Below, piece by piece: positions 48,301-64,000 of a stretch of DNA of 64,000 bases. The notes under the pieces were generated by a model. It saw only the letters and a program-made list of their open reading frames with translations, searched no databases and was not told the DNA's origin. Where the stretch lies: positions 5,756,783-5,820,782 of the forward strand of contig CM082580.2 of assembly GCA_040954595.2 (NCBI GenBank). Reading direction: 5' to 3'. Made by a program: the position numbers and the translations under genes. The stretch comes from Balanoglossus misakiensis (taxonomy: Eukaryota > Animalia > Hemichordata). Positions within the stretch are counted from its first letter, which is position 1. Every line of letters starts with the position of its first letter.

Positions 48301-51300
48301 TCGACTTGGAAAAGCTTGATGTAAGCTTACGTATACACAAATGTCCGCGGTAATGGTTCCTTAATCAGCAACGAGCATAACCTCACTACCTATAGGTTGA
48401 ACAGTCACAATTCAGTGTTTTAATTTATTGTATTTCATAGTTGAAAATAGTTGTCGCCAGCATCTTCAAGTGTAATAGCTAACCACATGTAGCCCAAATG
48501 TATATCAGGGAAAGATAATATATAGCAAGCGATAATAAATGCTGCACAAACGACCATATATAATTGAATGCTAATATGACCGGTCACTGCACTAAAATGA
48601 TAGGCCGGGTACAGAGGAACCAAATGCACGAGACTTCTCCATTTCAAAATTACTACCTTGGGTGAAAAAAAGTCGGATTGGGGTCAGATACACGGTTTGA
48701 ATTCAAAATACGCTTCTTTTCACGTGAATGTCACATGATCAGAAGAAATGGACGAGATTTGTATGATTTGCGAGGCGGTACTGGCGTGGCTCTTTGTGCA
48801 AATAAGTTCAAATATTTTTACGGCTGATACATTTACGTAGGTCAGGCTGTGCATGTATGTAGAGAAAAAAGTCTCACGACAGATTTACGGGGATACCATG
48901 GGCATGCATGATTGTTTTTTCTCTCTTTTTGTGGGGTTGGTTGTTTTGGTTCTGTTGGCTGTATCCATCATCTAATAGTCAAAAGCCCAATTTGCATAAT
49001 GTGGTACCCACAACTCTGATTTCAAAAAGTGAAAATGGTATATATCTTTATAGTAAAAAAGTGCTTAGCTTACGGACTCAACATCGTTGTGCTGTGGTTG
49101 GGCCACCCTGCATCGCCGTGCAATTGCAATAAACACACATTCCTTCAACTAATAGATCACCGCGGTCTTTATTATGTATTATACACCTCTTTTGTCAAAT
49201 CCACCCTCTTGTGAACTTGCATTTCATCGCGACAAGTCACAGTCGTACAGATTGTTAACAGTTGTATATATTACCGTCTTTTCTGCATCCTAGTCCAGAG
49301 ATTTTTTTTGTCAACTTCGGCTCTCATCAGCTCCTCCAAGCGATAAGAAGGGCGTTGTACCCATTCCCCCGCCACCCAAAATTTAGAAGAAAAAAAATTT
49401 ACGAGAATTATAGCAATATCACATATCATATTTTGTGTGTTTGTTCTTTTAATATTGATCTCACGACACCGTTACTTGGCGACTGGCACCTATACGCACC
49501 ACATTCCCTGCAGTGGAGAGAATGTGTTTACAGATCAGACAGTCTTCAAACTGTACTCCAGATGATAAATGGTTTAGTCGAACCTGAATTTACAGAACGG
49601 CATGGTCACCAAAACGGTTCAGTGATTTGATACCTGACAATAAAAAAATAATATGTGAAGAAGAAAAAATTAATGATTAATTCATAATGTTATAAGTACC
49701 CAAGCCGCTGCGGCCCTTTTCAATTCAAATAGATCATCAATATAGTACTTGAGGTATTCGTATCACCGTCCCAGTGTCTGACCACAAGTCCCGAGGTAAG
49801 CGAAATTCTTCGTTGTCGTTTTTTTCTACATTCTGGGATAACTTTACAATACATGCCGCTCGGAATACTTAGTAATTTAGTGTCCGAACTTTTAACGCCG
49901 TTAATTCACTGAAAAGGGTGATCACCTCCCCGATAGCAAAAGAAACAAGTCTGTAAAACTCTGATCGACTGGGCTTCCTCGTCGCTAGACTGTCGGTATG
50001 CCGAACTGCACGAGGAGGGTCTTTGTACGTGTTACCGCACGACACTAAATTGGCCGCGGAGAAACGTTTTGTTCTTGTCCAGGGCGTTGCCCAGTTAGCG
50101 ATGCCTGCGCTTGCCCCGAAGTCAGTCCAAGTCATAATGTGAGTGCTGCCGAATGGTGCTACCTATACTAAGAGATCATTATTGGCTCTTAAGTGCGGCT
50201 TTATTGACTTGTTGAGTAAGAGTGAGGCTCTCCACAATAAGCACTCGCCATCAACTCGTCACAATTACAGAAGCCTATGACTTGTAGTATGATGGTTATT
50301 AATAACCATTAAATTTATAGCTCAACTCTCATTAAAACTCCCTCCATGCACGGTTACTGCGCTCTCTCTATAGTATGTCGTAAATATATAGCCATAGAAC
50401 CTGTGAAAGGAAGTATGCGTCGAGCTTTCGTTTATGGGATTGCAGCTGGCCAGCTGGGCCAATGCCAAATAAGCCACTAACGCCTGCTTCTCGTCTTTGA
50501 TAGCACACGTTTCTGATCTAATAAAACCCCGCTCAGAAAAAAATCACCGCCTAAGCTTAGTCCAAGCGTACATGTTTCTGGTTATGGCTTTCAGAAATCG
50601 GGCGACGACGGGATTTTTTTCTTTTCTTTTTCGTCCGGCCATTGCCAATCTACGATCAATGCGTATTCATATACCTGTCTGGTTGTCGACCAGCTAATGT
50701 TCGTGTGTCTTGACAAACTTCTCTTCCTCTGCAGTATTTTTGGCTTGGTATCAGTGCACTCCGTTGAGTTGAGTTCTGTCTGGCAAGACACCGACAGAAA
50801 AATTGTTCGACGCGAGGATTCTCAAGTGATGCGCGCATCACTGATCAGAATCAATTATCTCTTTTATTAACTGATTGGTAGCTAAAATTTGACAAAGTGA
50901 CCGTTTGCCTCCCCTACGGTCATTTCCATTTCCTTCAGGTCATGCGTCAACTTTTAGTGTAATCATCGATTGTGATTGAGACTCAAGTATAAGTCGGTGA
51001 CTCGGATTGTCCTTCGCAGTCAAATATGACGAATTTAAAATGAAAACGCGGGTATTTTGACATCATGCCTTGTCCAGTATGTTGCTCCGAAACACAAATC
51101 TTGCTGGTTGTGGTTCCACTGAGCAGTCCGATTCGTACATAGCTCAAATCCGAGAATGGCCTGCTCTGATATCATTCGAACATGGAAATCCCGAAGATAC
51201 TATACCTTTCAGTGTTTTAAGGTATTGATTCAAACTGAAGGCGGACCCGCCAGAAGGCCTATACTCAAAAGCCACACTCTGATGGCCCTATTGACAAATC

Positions 51301-52359
51301 GTCCACGATTAAATGTTGACTATTGAATAAAGATAATATACTCGTACCATCAGCCCATCTTTGAATAGAAAAATAAACACAAATTTGAAAAATATATACA
51401 ATTCTTGATGTTGGACACCGCAAAACATAAGTAACTACTTCACATTCTTTTCAAAGACAGTCGTCGGCAGTAACCCGCGTATGATGATTCAATCTTTGCT
51501 GACCACGAAAAGATTACAACGACGCTTTATGGATCTTATAAGTTGCCAGGGTTAACTGAAATATGGTGAAGTGACCTCGCCATAGGTAATTGTCGCTCAG
51601 GTATAAATCAGTTCAGCTCGTACGTGGTGTTAAAATGCCCATACGCTCAAAAATTCATAATTCTTGCTATTTATATCTCCAATATGAAAGATAATGATCG
51701 CCTGTTTATGACAGTGTCGACAGACCCCGACTGTCATCGTTTGAGACCACGCGCATGCGTTTAAATTGATGCATGCGCCGTGCATGGTTAAACGTCACGT
51801 TTCTGTAACCTGAGACACAAAAGATGATTGTTTTACAACGTCTCTGTACTTCTGCACAATATATTGGAATGTGATATAAAAATACAATATATTTAAATTA
51901 TCAGTTGCTGCGTCTTTCCTACTGTTTCATAATTTTAATTTAAAACTAAGGGCGTGTCGTTATACTGTACCAGGTGCCACCTGCCTAAAGTTTCATGAAA
52001 AAACTTGGACACTATATTCATGTGAGAACGATACAAAATTTACAACTTACACCATCTGGTGTTCAACAAATAAGTACTTGACTATATTGAATTTATAGTT
52101 TACGGTCACAAACTATCGCTTGCATGTGGTGTGCATTGATGTAGAAGCCAGAAACAGTAAAATTGCGTCTGATAGGGAAGAAAATAAAATTTACATCCGC
52201 ATAATTTTTTTTAAATTAAGGAGTGGGTCCACAAAGATGCCTAAGTTGTTTCCATTTGGAATCAAGATTCTTTACTCAATATTCTTTTTGTCAAATTCTT
52301 TTCAAAAAATGATATCACATTTGATGACCTTCTCCTCGTTCCTTGTTCTAGCATTCAAG

Positions 52360-55273
<2,914 letters not shown>

Positions 55274-55432
55274 AATACCGCAACATCTGTCAAAATCTGG
55301 TCTGCGTAGACTTTCGCCGCTACTCTTGAAATATTATGAATATCTTGCACATGTAATTATGTATACTAGTAGGATAACCTAAATGCCTGTATTTAGAGAG
55401 TAGACTATCCGTTTATTTCGTATAATACGGTG

Positions 55433-55896
55433 TATTTACTATTGAACACCTATTGCCTGGCCATGAGGGCCATAGCGGCCGTTTATTACACCCGAGGGGC
55501 TGTGAGTTACCAGAATCATATGCTATTTCCCGAGGCCGCAGGCCGAGGGAAATAGCATATGATTCTGGTAACTCACAGCCACGAGGGGGTAAAAACGGCT
55601 GCTATGGCCCGAATATAGGCCAGGCTATAGGTGTTTTATAATAAACCTCATGCTAACAGCTGGGAAAATCTTGTAATTTTCTCTTGAGGTTGGCAGACGA
55701 CATCTTCCGCGGTGGCCATTGTGTCAGACGATGCGACGCTGATTGACGTGACCGAGTCTGCGCACTCACGCTGGTCACGTGACCGGTTTATATTTTTTCT
55801 GCTATTGCCCTAGCGGTTCATAGTCGATTCTATTTTCCTATCACGTGACGGATTCTGGCGAATCACGGCACAGTATTAGCATGAGGTATATTATAA
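55433..55896. mobile_element. Composite double inverted-repeat element (possibly a non-autonomous Crypton-like element)
   Basis: A ~210-bp hairpin centred on ccgaggccgcaggccgaggg (55530-55549), then a second IR pair ttataataaacctcatgctaa / ttagcatgaggtatattataa. No TSD is visible. Confidence 0.55.
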
Positions 55897-57201
55897 AAGC
55901 AGCTACAAAATACTATTAGCACTGTGTCAGAAGGTTGCCTTTTGCAAGTTTTGGAAGAACGTGCTTACAATCCCAGACAAGACTCGATCCGCTACTATAG
56001 TGAAGCACAATAGTAGTGCGCCCTCGCCGCATTGTCGCCCGAGAGCCGGAGCAAATGCCCGTATGTTATCAAAAAGACTTTCTTGTGTTTTGCTCTTGTC
56101 TTGTAATCCCTTCATACACAACTGTACAAACAGAGAGTCAGTCGTCTTGACCGGCTCAGAAACACACAACCCCTGACGATTTTGGCTCATGTGCAGCACG
56201 CAGCTCAGGAAACACGCGTCTCACTCGATCTGTCTATAATATAAACGGCAATATTTCATATTTTATCCTCCTAGTACTGTGGTCGTGGAAACAATTCCTA
56301 TATGACCGTTCATCGAATCCTGCTTGAAGGTAATATCCAATGTAAAATAGATTCTTGTAAAGAACTCGCATCTCTTTCCTTTGTAAATCACTGAGACCGG
56401 TTCATCAGGTCAAAATGACTTTCTTGTTTTGACTTATTTGTTCCTTTCTAACGGTTCACTTGACGTATCTGTATTTTACCCATGTATCCTACATGTACAT
56501 TATCTATATTAAAATACATATATAACTATATTCTCATTTTCTCTTTTTCATATTTTTTCTTGAGTTTAGAAGGTCCCTTACAGTTTTTGTTGCGGTATTT
56601 TTCCATGTTGTGATTATATTTATGGTGCAATCTCTTGAGCATACCAAGCAAACGTATCTCAAACAATCTTATCGGCAATATACTTTACAATATTGAGTGC
56701 GGTCAGCATTGTCAATAAGCTTCCGATAAAATATTTTGATGTACTCACAGGCGAGTCTACGTTGATACAGATATAGCCTGAGATATGAACCGTTTTTCTG
56801 GCTCAAAAAATCAACAAGCCTATCTCTACCTATGGTTTTAATAATTTAAAACTAAATACATACATACATGGAAATTTTCAACCCCGTCAACAATTCAACG
56901 CCCTCCCCAGAAAACCATTTCAGAGACATTGTAGTCAGTTGTCTGCTGCAGTAACTACAGTGCGAGTCCAAGACCCTGACCGGGTCTCTTGCTGTGTCCT
57001 TCAGCGAGGTACACGCCCCCTGGGTGTTTCTCTTCACTCAGAAGCATTGGTAGATCACAGATTGTTATGTGTGTTAAAGTCATAGATACCCGGTGTATTT
57101 GTCTCGGGTGCTCAGCTCACGGCCCCACACCGCAGATGTTGTTTGCTATCGATTCAATCACGATTGAAAGCGCATCGTTTTCGTGTTATGTAAGTTACTC
57201 G

Positions 57202-57545
57202 ACCATAACTTGTCGTGGAACCTATAACTTGTTGCAGACATATTAGAATCCATAACTTGCTGTAGTCCAAACAACGCATAACTTGTTGTGGAAATATTAG
57301 AATCCATAACTTGTTGTAGATGTATATAAGAACCCATTACTTGCTATAGTTTATAACAACGCATAACTTGTTGTAGACATATTAGAATCCATAACTTATT
57401 GTAGTCCAAACAAGACATAACTTGTTGTAGATATATAAGAACCCATTAATTGTTGTAGTTTTTAACAACACATAACTTGTTGTAGATATATAACACATAA
57501 CTTCAAGTTGTTGTAGATATATAAGAACCCATAACTTGTAGATAA
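57202..57545. repeat. Minisatellite, ~25-30-bp units with core cataacttgttgtag
   Basis: About 13 copies of the core with recurring linker variants (acatattagaatc, tccaaacaac, atatataagaacc). Confidence 0.9.
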
Positions 57546-59998
57546 ATTTTATACGAATCAGTAATGTAGGGTGCGTTCAAAAACGCTCCCCCAAAGCGCC
57601 CCATGCGGTCCACAGGGAAGCAGAATAATCGAATGAAAATTACGTATTCCAGGGGATAAGCTTACTCAAAATGGTAGTCGATAACTAAAATCAAAACCTG
57701 GAAAACAATTGCTTTGTTTTCAACTTTTAAAATCAAAATTCACAAAGTTTCAACGTACAGAATTGCCTGGATCTCATCCTTAAACAAAAGTATTCGAAAA
57801 TGAACCGAACTTTCATTACTGTCAGCAACATTTATTTTCAAATGACTTTTCCCAAGCCATCCCAGGTGTTAGAGCAGGTTTTAACATTTTCCCTGGGTGC
57901 CAAAAGTGTGACGTCATGCGATAAATCTGCGCAGTCTCGGGCAACACGTGGTCGCCGCGAGGAGCCTAACGCACGTCACGCATCCTGGTTGTGGACACAA
58001 GACCCCATATCTTGTGGTGTACATATAGGCCTCCATAACTCGTTGTTGATGTATGCGAGGCCATAACTTGTTCGATCCGTTGTTGCTGATAAATATTGAT
58101 AACTGTGCGTAATTTGGTGGCATTCCAAAGCAGGGGGCAAGTGAACAAGACCGGGGTTCAAAACGCCCCGAGTATGTCGTGACCTTTCCTGAACTCTTGG
58201 CGTACTTTTACCAACCTGTCCGAACAAATTACATCCCAGCGCTAAAGATATCTACTCGAAGAGCATATTATATCTACGGGGATTCGGTTTGCACGTGTTT
58301 AGTTAATATATTTTGCTAAGCTAGAGTTATCACGAAGCGCCCGAGGGTAAAGGCGATGGTTCTAAGAAACTTTGCGTTCATTTTCCGCTAAAGAAATCGA
58401 ACATCGTCCTCAAGACAAGATTCATAGGAAATATAACTCTACTCGCTTTGGATTGCCGAATTTATGCCATTTAAAATTGCTGGTCGACGGTGAGGTAAAG
58501 TTGTTGGGAATGACTAAGAACGTCCCAAGTAGTCATCACAGCGGAGGAATTGCGATACTACCGTTCAAAACGGTTAGATTTGGGGCTTGAAATCGTCTGA
58601 AATTCTATCCCGCTGTTGCCTTCCACATAGCTTTGGTGCAAGTCTGGTGTCGCCATCGGTCTTTTTGTTTGAAAGTTCAAACTACATGTATAATTGGAGT
58701 GAAGGCGTTACTAGAGAGATATTCCAGAAAAGCACAGTTCGCCATCAAGCCACGCAACACAGTCTCTATTCCAGTGCATATTTGCATGGTAAAACTTTCA
58801 TGAAACAAAAAGAGATAGGAAAACTGTTCAAGTGCAGAGGCCCATAATTTATTCACTGACTTGACTGTATTTTACCCTAAATAAATACCGCTAATGGTGA
58901 TAAAACGCTCATTGTTGGCGTACAAACTATGGTGTGTCAAAACTAAGACAAACTGAAGATCGATTAACCTTTTTTAAAATGACCCATAGGTCAAGCCAGC
59001 GTCAGCCGCATTCCTTTTGCCATGCTCTGTGCACGCGTAGAAGTCGTGATTCGTCAAAATGCCCATTAATCAACACTACAGCTACAAACACGGAGGACGG
59101 GAGGAAATTTGGAAGTTTCAAACTGTCCGAAATTTATGAACAAAACAGGCAACTAGAGTTAATTGCTGTACTGAGTCAACGATATTCAGTCACCTCTAAT
59201 TTACATATTGCCCAAATATGGATAAAACGGCGCGTCCAATTGTATTCGTGGTTATGTGGTGGTGCACGTTTTCACGTGTCCCCGGCGTCCCGAGGAAAAA
59301 TCTACGTCCGGTATGCATGCTTTCTGTGGCTCGCTTTATACATACATGAGTATTGCGTCCTAGAAATACTTAGAAGAAAAAACGGTCCATAATCTTTTTA
59401 AGAATTTTACATCAACGATTATTTTATTCAGAAAATTAACAGAAAGAATTGGGACCAATTCAGAATTTTAACTTAAATTAACTTGAATTTGTCGTTACAT
59501 TGTTATCTACCAGAACTTTATCAGGAAAGTTTATACATTTATATTTTGTGGTCTTTTGCGTTCCTTCCTCTCCCACCAATTACGTATAAAGTAATCATTA
59601 CAAACACAAAAAAACATTAAATCTCATACTTCTTGAGACCATGATCGATTATACCTTCCCTAATTCAGATAAATCCATTTACAATATGAACGTCGTTTTA
59701 TATATATAGAAATATAATATTATGTACATACACTACAAGATAAACAATATCAAAATTAATATCATACATGTATAATATTCCAATACGAAGCCTCTTATTA
59801 TACGGCATGCTCCTCCTAGGAGCAAATTCCACTTTTGGAAGAAAAGTATGCTGATTTCAGTCTCTGTCATGTACTGTCGACTTTTGTGTTGTCATGGATA
59901 GATGAGATTCTGAATTTTTTTTTTTTGAGACGCATAGTCAAATCTCTGCGCCAGTGTCTCTGATTCGAGGTCCATAGTTACATTATCACGATATTCGT

Positions 59999-60093
59999 TA
60001 TTCTCGGTTACCCAGACTCCTCTGCTTCTTCCGTACGGCACTCCAGAAAGAGGGCCAACGGAAGAAGCAGAGGAGTCTGGGTAACCGAGACTA
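59999..60093. mobile_element. Hairpin MITE (~95 bp) with Academ-like ends
   Basis: ta(t)tctcggttacccagactcctctgcttcttccgt ... acggaagaagcagaggagtctgggtaaccgagacta. TAG-type termini with an internal CCAGAC. Confidence 0.7.
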
Positions 60094-60252
60094 GAGGTTC
60101 GTCCGAAAACGAGGCGATGGTTTGTGCTGCGATGACGACCTGCTGATCTACATCCGGGTCACAGACAAAATCCATGTCTTGGTTTGGGTTCCGTTTCCAC
60201 GTAGCTGGATCGTAAAAGCGCGGTTTCCGTCACTTCCAAGTCGCGGGTGACA

Positions 60253-61789
60253 CTACTGTTTAGTTTCTGGATGATTGTAGCTGCCGTTGACGCTGCCCAT
60301 GTTCTCGTTGTTGTCGGTCACGCTGTTTTCCTTGACTGTGTACTGGATGGGCTTCTCGCCGGCCTCCAAGTCTTTGCTGTCCAGGGATTTCGTCGCGTGG
60401 TGTGTGTTTCCATTGTGAGGGGTTCGGAAGAGAAGGCGGGATGCGATGCCGATGCAGAAGAACTCGCAGACGACAAGCACGTTGTAAATATCTGCAAGAC
60501 AAGAGACGTGTCAAAATCAGACCTATTAGAAACGGGGAAACATCTCTTAGACTTACTGTAATTTCGGCGGTACACATTTCTGTGCTCATATCTCTTGCTC
60601 GACTTATGGCATGTACGATTTTTCCTGTAGGTTTTAATCACAATATTGCAGTATGAGGAGAACCCGTGGAATATTGAGCAAGGTGGACCGGGTAAGCTTT
60701 TAGGGAGAACCTGGAACTTTAATTTTTGGAGGGTCACCTCTTTATTTTTTTTACCCGCCACTGTGCACAACATCGCATGCGCTTACAACAGGAACATTCT
60801 GCAAACTTACTGTAGACTCTGGCGGTGTTGTCGAACGGATCCTTGCAGGGAATGGCGCCAAAGTTGGAGATGATGGTCAACAGGCCGAGCTGGATGTTGC
60901 CGAACAGCAAGGTCAGCTGAATGGTCATGAACTTGAAGGAGATTTTGTAGTCCCGGAGCGGCACCTTCGAGGCCCCGTGGATGATGCCGATCGCCTGCAT
61001 GGCGGTGATTGTCGATGTGACGGAGATGATGATCAGCCACACAAAGGGTTCGTCTGCTCCGACCTGTCAAATTATGCATAGCGACGAAAATATCATATGC
61101 CATGCAGTCATCACGTTTTCAGTTCAGAAAATGACTCTCTGTGACTACCTTTATAACGCCAGAAGAAATATAGATCCGTTCAGTGACCTACCATTCCTGG
61201 GTGATAACGTCCATCCACCCACAACACCACAGCGACGAACAAGATGGTCGGACGTATTAAAGCGTTCTGCAACACAAGTCTTTTGATCCACGGACTGCTG
61301 TGTCTGTGAATGGACAAAGAACGCCAGGCGCGTTTAATGGGTGGAACACCAATGTTGCTGAGGCCTAATCAATGCGCTATCCTAAGTTCCTATATTCGTC
61401 GAGGAAAATACATGTAGTAAGGATTTCGCATTGTCTGCGCCTGCGTGCTAACTACATGTACTCCTAATCTCCAAAAAATCTAAATAAAGTAAGCTATAGC
61501 AGGAATATAGGCATACTCGCATCGTCAGTGCCAATAACGCCCTTTCTGTCTGTCTGTCTTATAGACAAACGTTTTGTTGCTTGCACGCACTTACTCGGTT
61601 ATTTTGATCTTCGGCAGGCAGACACAGCACAGCAGGATTGGGAAGGTGTTGATGCTGACCGGTCTGTCTTGCAGGGTGTGGTGCATGGCATCTGAACCCC
61701 CGTAGTAGTCGATCACCAACATCAGGAATGTGTACAGCGTCAACGACAGGTAGCTGTGGTACACAGACGTTAAATGGTGATTATTATTA

Positions 61790-61820
<31 letters not shown>

Positions 61821-63495
61821 CCACCCCAGTCATTGCGGTTCTGTCGTAGCCATAGAGGTCTGTGAATTTTCAACTCGCGGTGCCTATACGTATGAGCACA
61901 CCTTTGTTACCACCCTGCTGAACGGTCGCCCATACTGTCAGTAACCTTATTTTATATGCATGTACCTACATTTGTATATAAGGGTTTCCCGAATTTATGG
62001 TACGTGTACATGACTCAGCAATATAGCCAATTTCACACAACTACCATTTCAACACAGCTGTCGCGAAGAGATTCTTTAATATCATTATGATACAGGGTGT
62101 GTTAGTTTCACAGAGACGATGAAGCAATGTAAACCCTGCGGCAAATTTCTGACTGGATCTGCGAGAATTGTCTCGGACAAGGCTACTACAATCATTGGCT
62201 GCGGTGACCATTTTACTTACATAGAAGCCACGAAGTTGGTTAACATTGCTGAACGAGGCACAAAGAGTCCCACGCATGACGTCACACTGAACGCCTAGAA
62301 GAAAAACGAGTCAAATACGAGAGTTATTGCTACATGTCGTTTGGTCAGTACCTACACGTTTTGCATTATTTTTCTAGCAAAAATATCCATTTTATCTCTG
62401 GTATCTTTCAAATTTAGGAAACTGAATATTGATTGTCAATATTTCGGACAACGTGCATTCACGAGATACTCTCTACATAAATTTGCCATTGCATACAATT
62501 TTGCATAATAAAAAAGTACACATTTTGGAACAACAATACGACATAACCATACTTTAAAACTAAAATCAGGAAATAACATCAAAAAGAGAAAAAATACTAA
62601 GTTTTAGACTTTTTTAATACTTCATTGCCTTCATTACCTTTGGCTTATTTAGTTAATGATCACGAGCTTCATGTGGGTTTTACTATGCCACGTATACTTA
62701 CCGGATAAATTCCCAGTAGCCAGATCATTCTGTTTCTCCGAATTTTGGAGGGAATAGACTTTTTCATGAAATGCACAGACTCCAGGAATAGAATGCACGT
62801 GATAGCTGTCAATATCGGCACGACGATCAGCATCACTTTCTGTCCGATCGTTGCCTCTGTTCAATTAACGAAAGAGAGTTTAATAGTATCGTTCAGCAGT
62901 TCGAACTTTCGATCACCAATCGTGAGCAGCGCAGGCGTCTCGGGTTTCAAACTGAAACGTGGGATTCGACTCCACATTTGCCGTAAGGTAGAATCGTTTG
63001 AAGCAGTAAATCGCGGCGATCTGGCGGTTAGAGGAGAAATTAAATCACCAGATCAAACTGAACGTGCACCAGTAATTGCCAAAGTTGGGCTCAAAAGAGC
63101 ATTAATACGTTATACAGCCATCAAACTATTATCAACACGATTGAAGACATGTAATGTGGGGGTGGAATCCAAGGGGCGTTTACAACGAGAAAAATAAAAC
63201 CGCGAAAATCGAGAATGCGTGCGCGAAATCAGATAAATGTTTAACTCAAACAGCTGAAGAACATTTTCGGGTGTTTTATTTTTTACAACCGGGATGCATC
63301 CTCGTTCGAAGAGACACTTTCACTAGTTCGACGCGTGCAAGTATTGCAATCTTTATACTCAAGTACTGTTCGACATGACAGACTTGACGGGGTGGAGGGA
63401 ATGATGTCCCTGCCGCCAACGGAGTGATACTTACCGCCGATGATTTCGTACGAGTACGGGATCGACTCGCCGCACGAAGACGAATTGTCAGCCAT
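60253..63495 (-). CDS. SLC51A: Organic solute transporter alpha-like protein, paralog B, 7 coding exons, ~350 aa
   Basis: Exons 63495-63435, 62856-62702, 62294-62221, 61753-61595, 61303-61192, 61063-60811, 60491-60253. Exon sizes (61, 155, 74, 159, 112, 253) mirror paralog A. Motifs MADNSS.CGE, VIDYYGG, LLCCVCLP, AMQAIGII, PCKDPF. Confidence 0.88.
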
Positions 63496-64000
63496 CTTGG
63501 AGCGTTGCGACGAAACTCTGAAAAAGGCAGAGAATCCCATCCTTTATATTCGCTGCACAAAACACACAGAATATCCACAGCGTGCGTGCGCATGTGATGA
63601 GAGCTTCTTGATGAATTTGTTGTGACGTGTAGGCGGGACCCAGCAAGAAGAATATAGTAGCAGTGTCCTTGAACACAAAGGCCAGAAGAGAAAAAAAGTT
63701 GTCGAGGAAGCTAAAACCGGCGCCTCCACTTCGACTGTTACAGTGCGATGTGACAGAGGACGTGGTTTATATCCATATAACCCTCGTTCGATATGACCGA
63801 AGTAATAAAAATGGTCAATTAAAATAAACAGTCATTATTTGTACTATTTTGGTCAAGGACAATGATTCTGTATGCATCGTTCTTACCACAAGGAAGACAT
63901 AAGGCAAATAAAACTATTACTCTGTACATTTCTCCAAAAAAGTTTGGGCATGTGTTGTGTGAGATTACGATGGCGCGTTTTATTATATTAATAGTGAGTT

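Noticed and set aside
57202-57545. CRISPR-like repeat-spacer pattern
   Set aside because: Linkers are only ~10-15 bp, recur, and the core is degenerate, so this is a minisatellite.

Overview
Eukaryotic (animal) genomic DNA with GT-AG introns. An invertebrate deuterostome such as a hemichordate is plausible, but that is an inference from gene content and repeat style. Gene order: SLATT-like gene 1 (+); a 129/147-bp higher-order tandem repeat; FAM221A (-) head-to-head with ZSWIM2 (+); SLATT-like genes 2 and 3 (-); three recent tandem ~4-4.8 kb duplicates of a collagen-C1q gene (+); PSME3/PA28-gamma (-) head-to-head with a single-domain chondroitin synthase/GalNAc-transferase-like gene (+); ~11 kb with no recognisable gene; and two tail-to-tail OST-alpha (SLC51A)-like paralogs. 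Many MITEs, a tRNA-derived SINE and micro/minisatellites are also present. The most striking observation is a family of three divergent genes with uninterrupted ORFs whose proteins resemble bacterial SLATT two-TM defence effectors. They sit among ordinary animal genes, next to a C1q cluster whose globular-domain loops are hypervariable. All exon models were read by eye and no database search was run.
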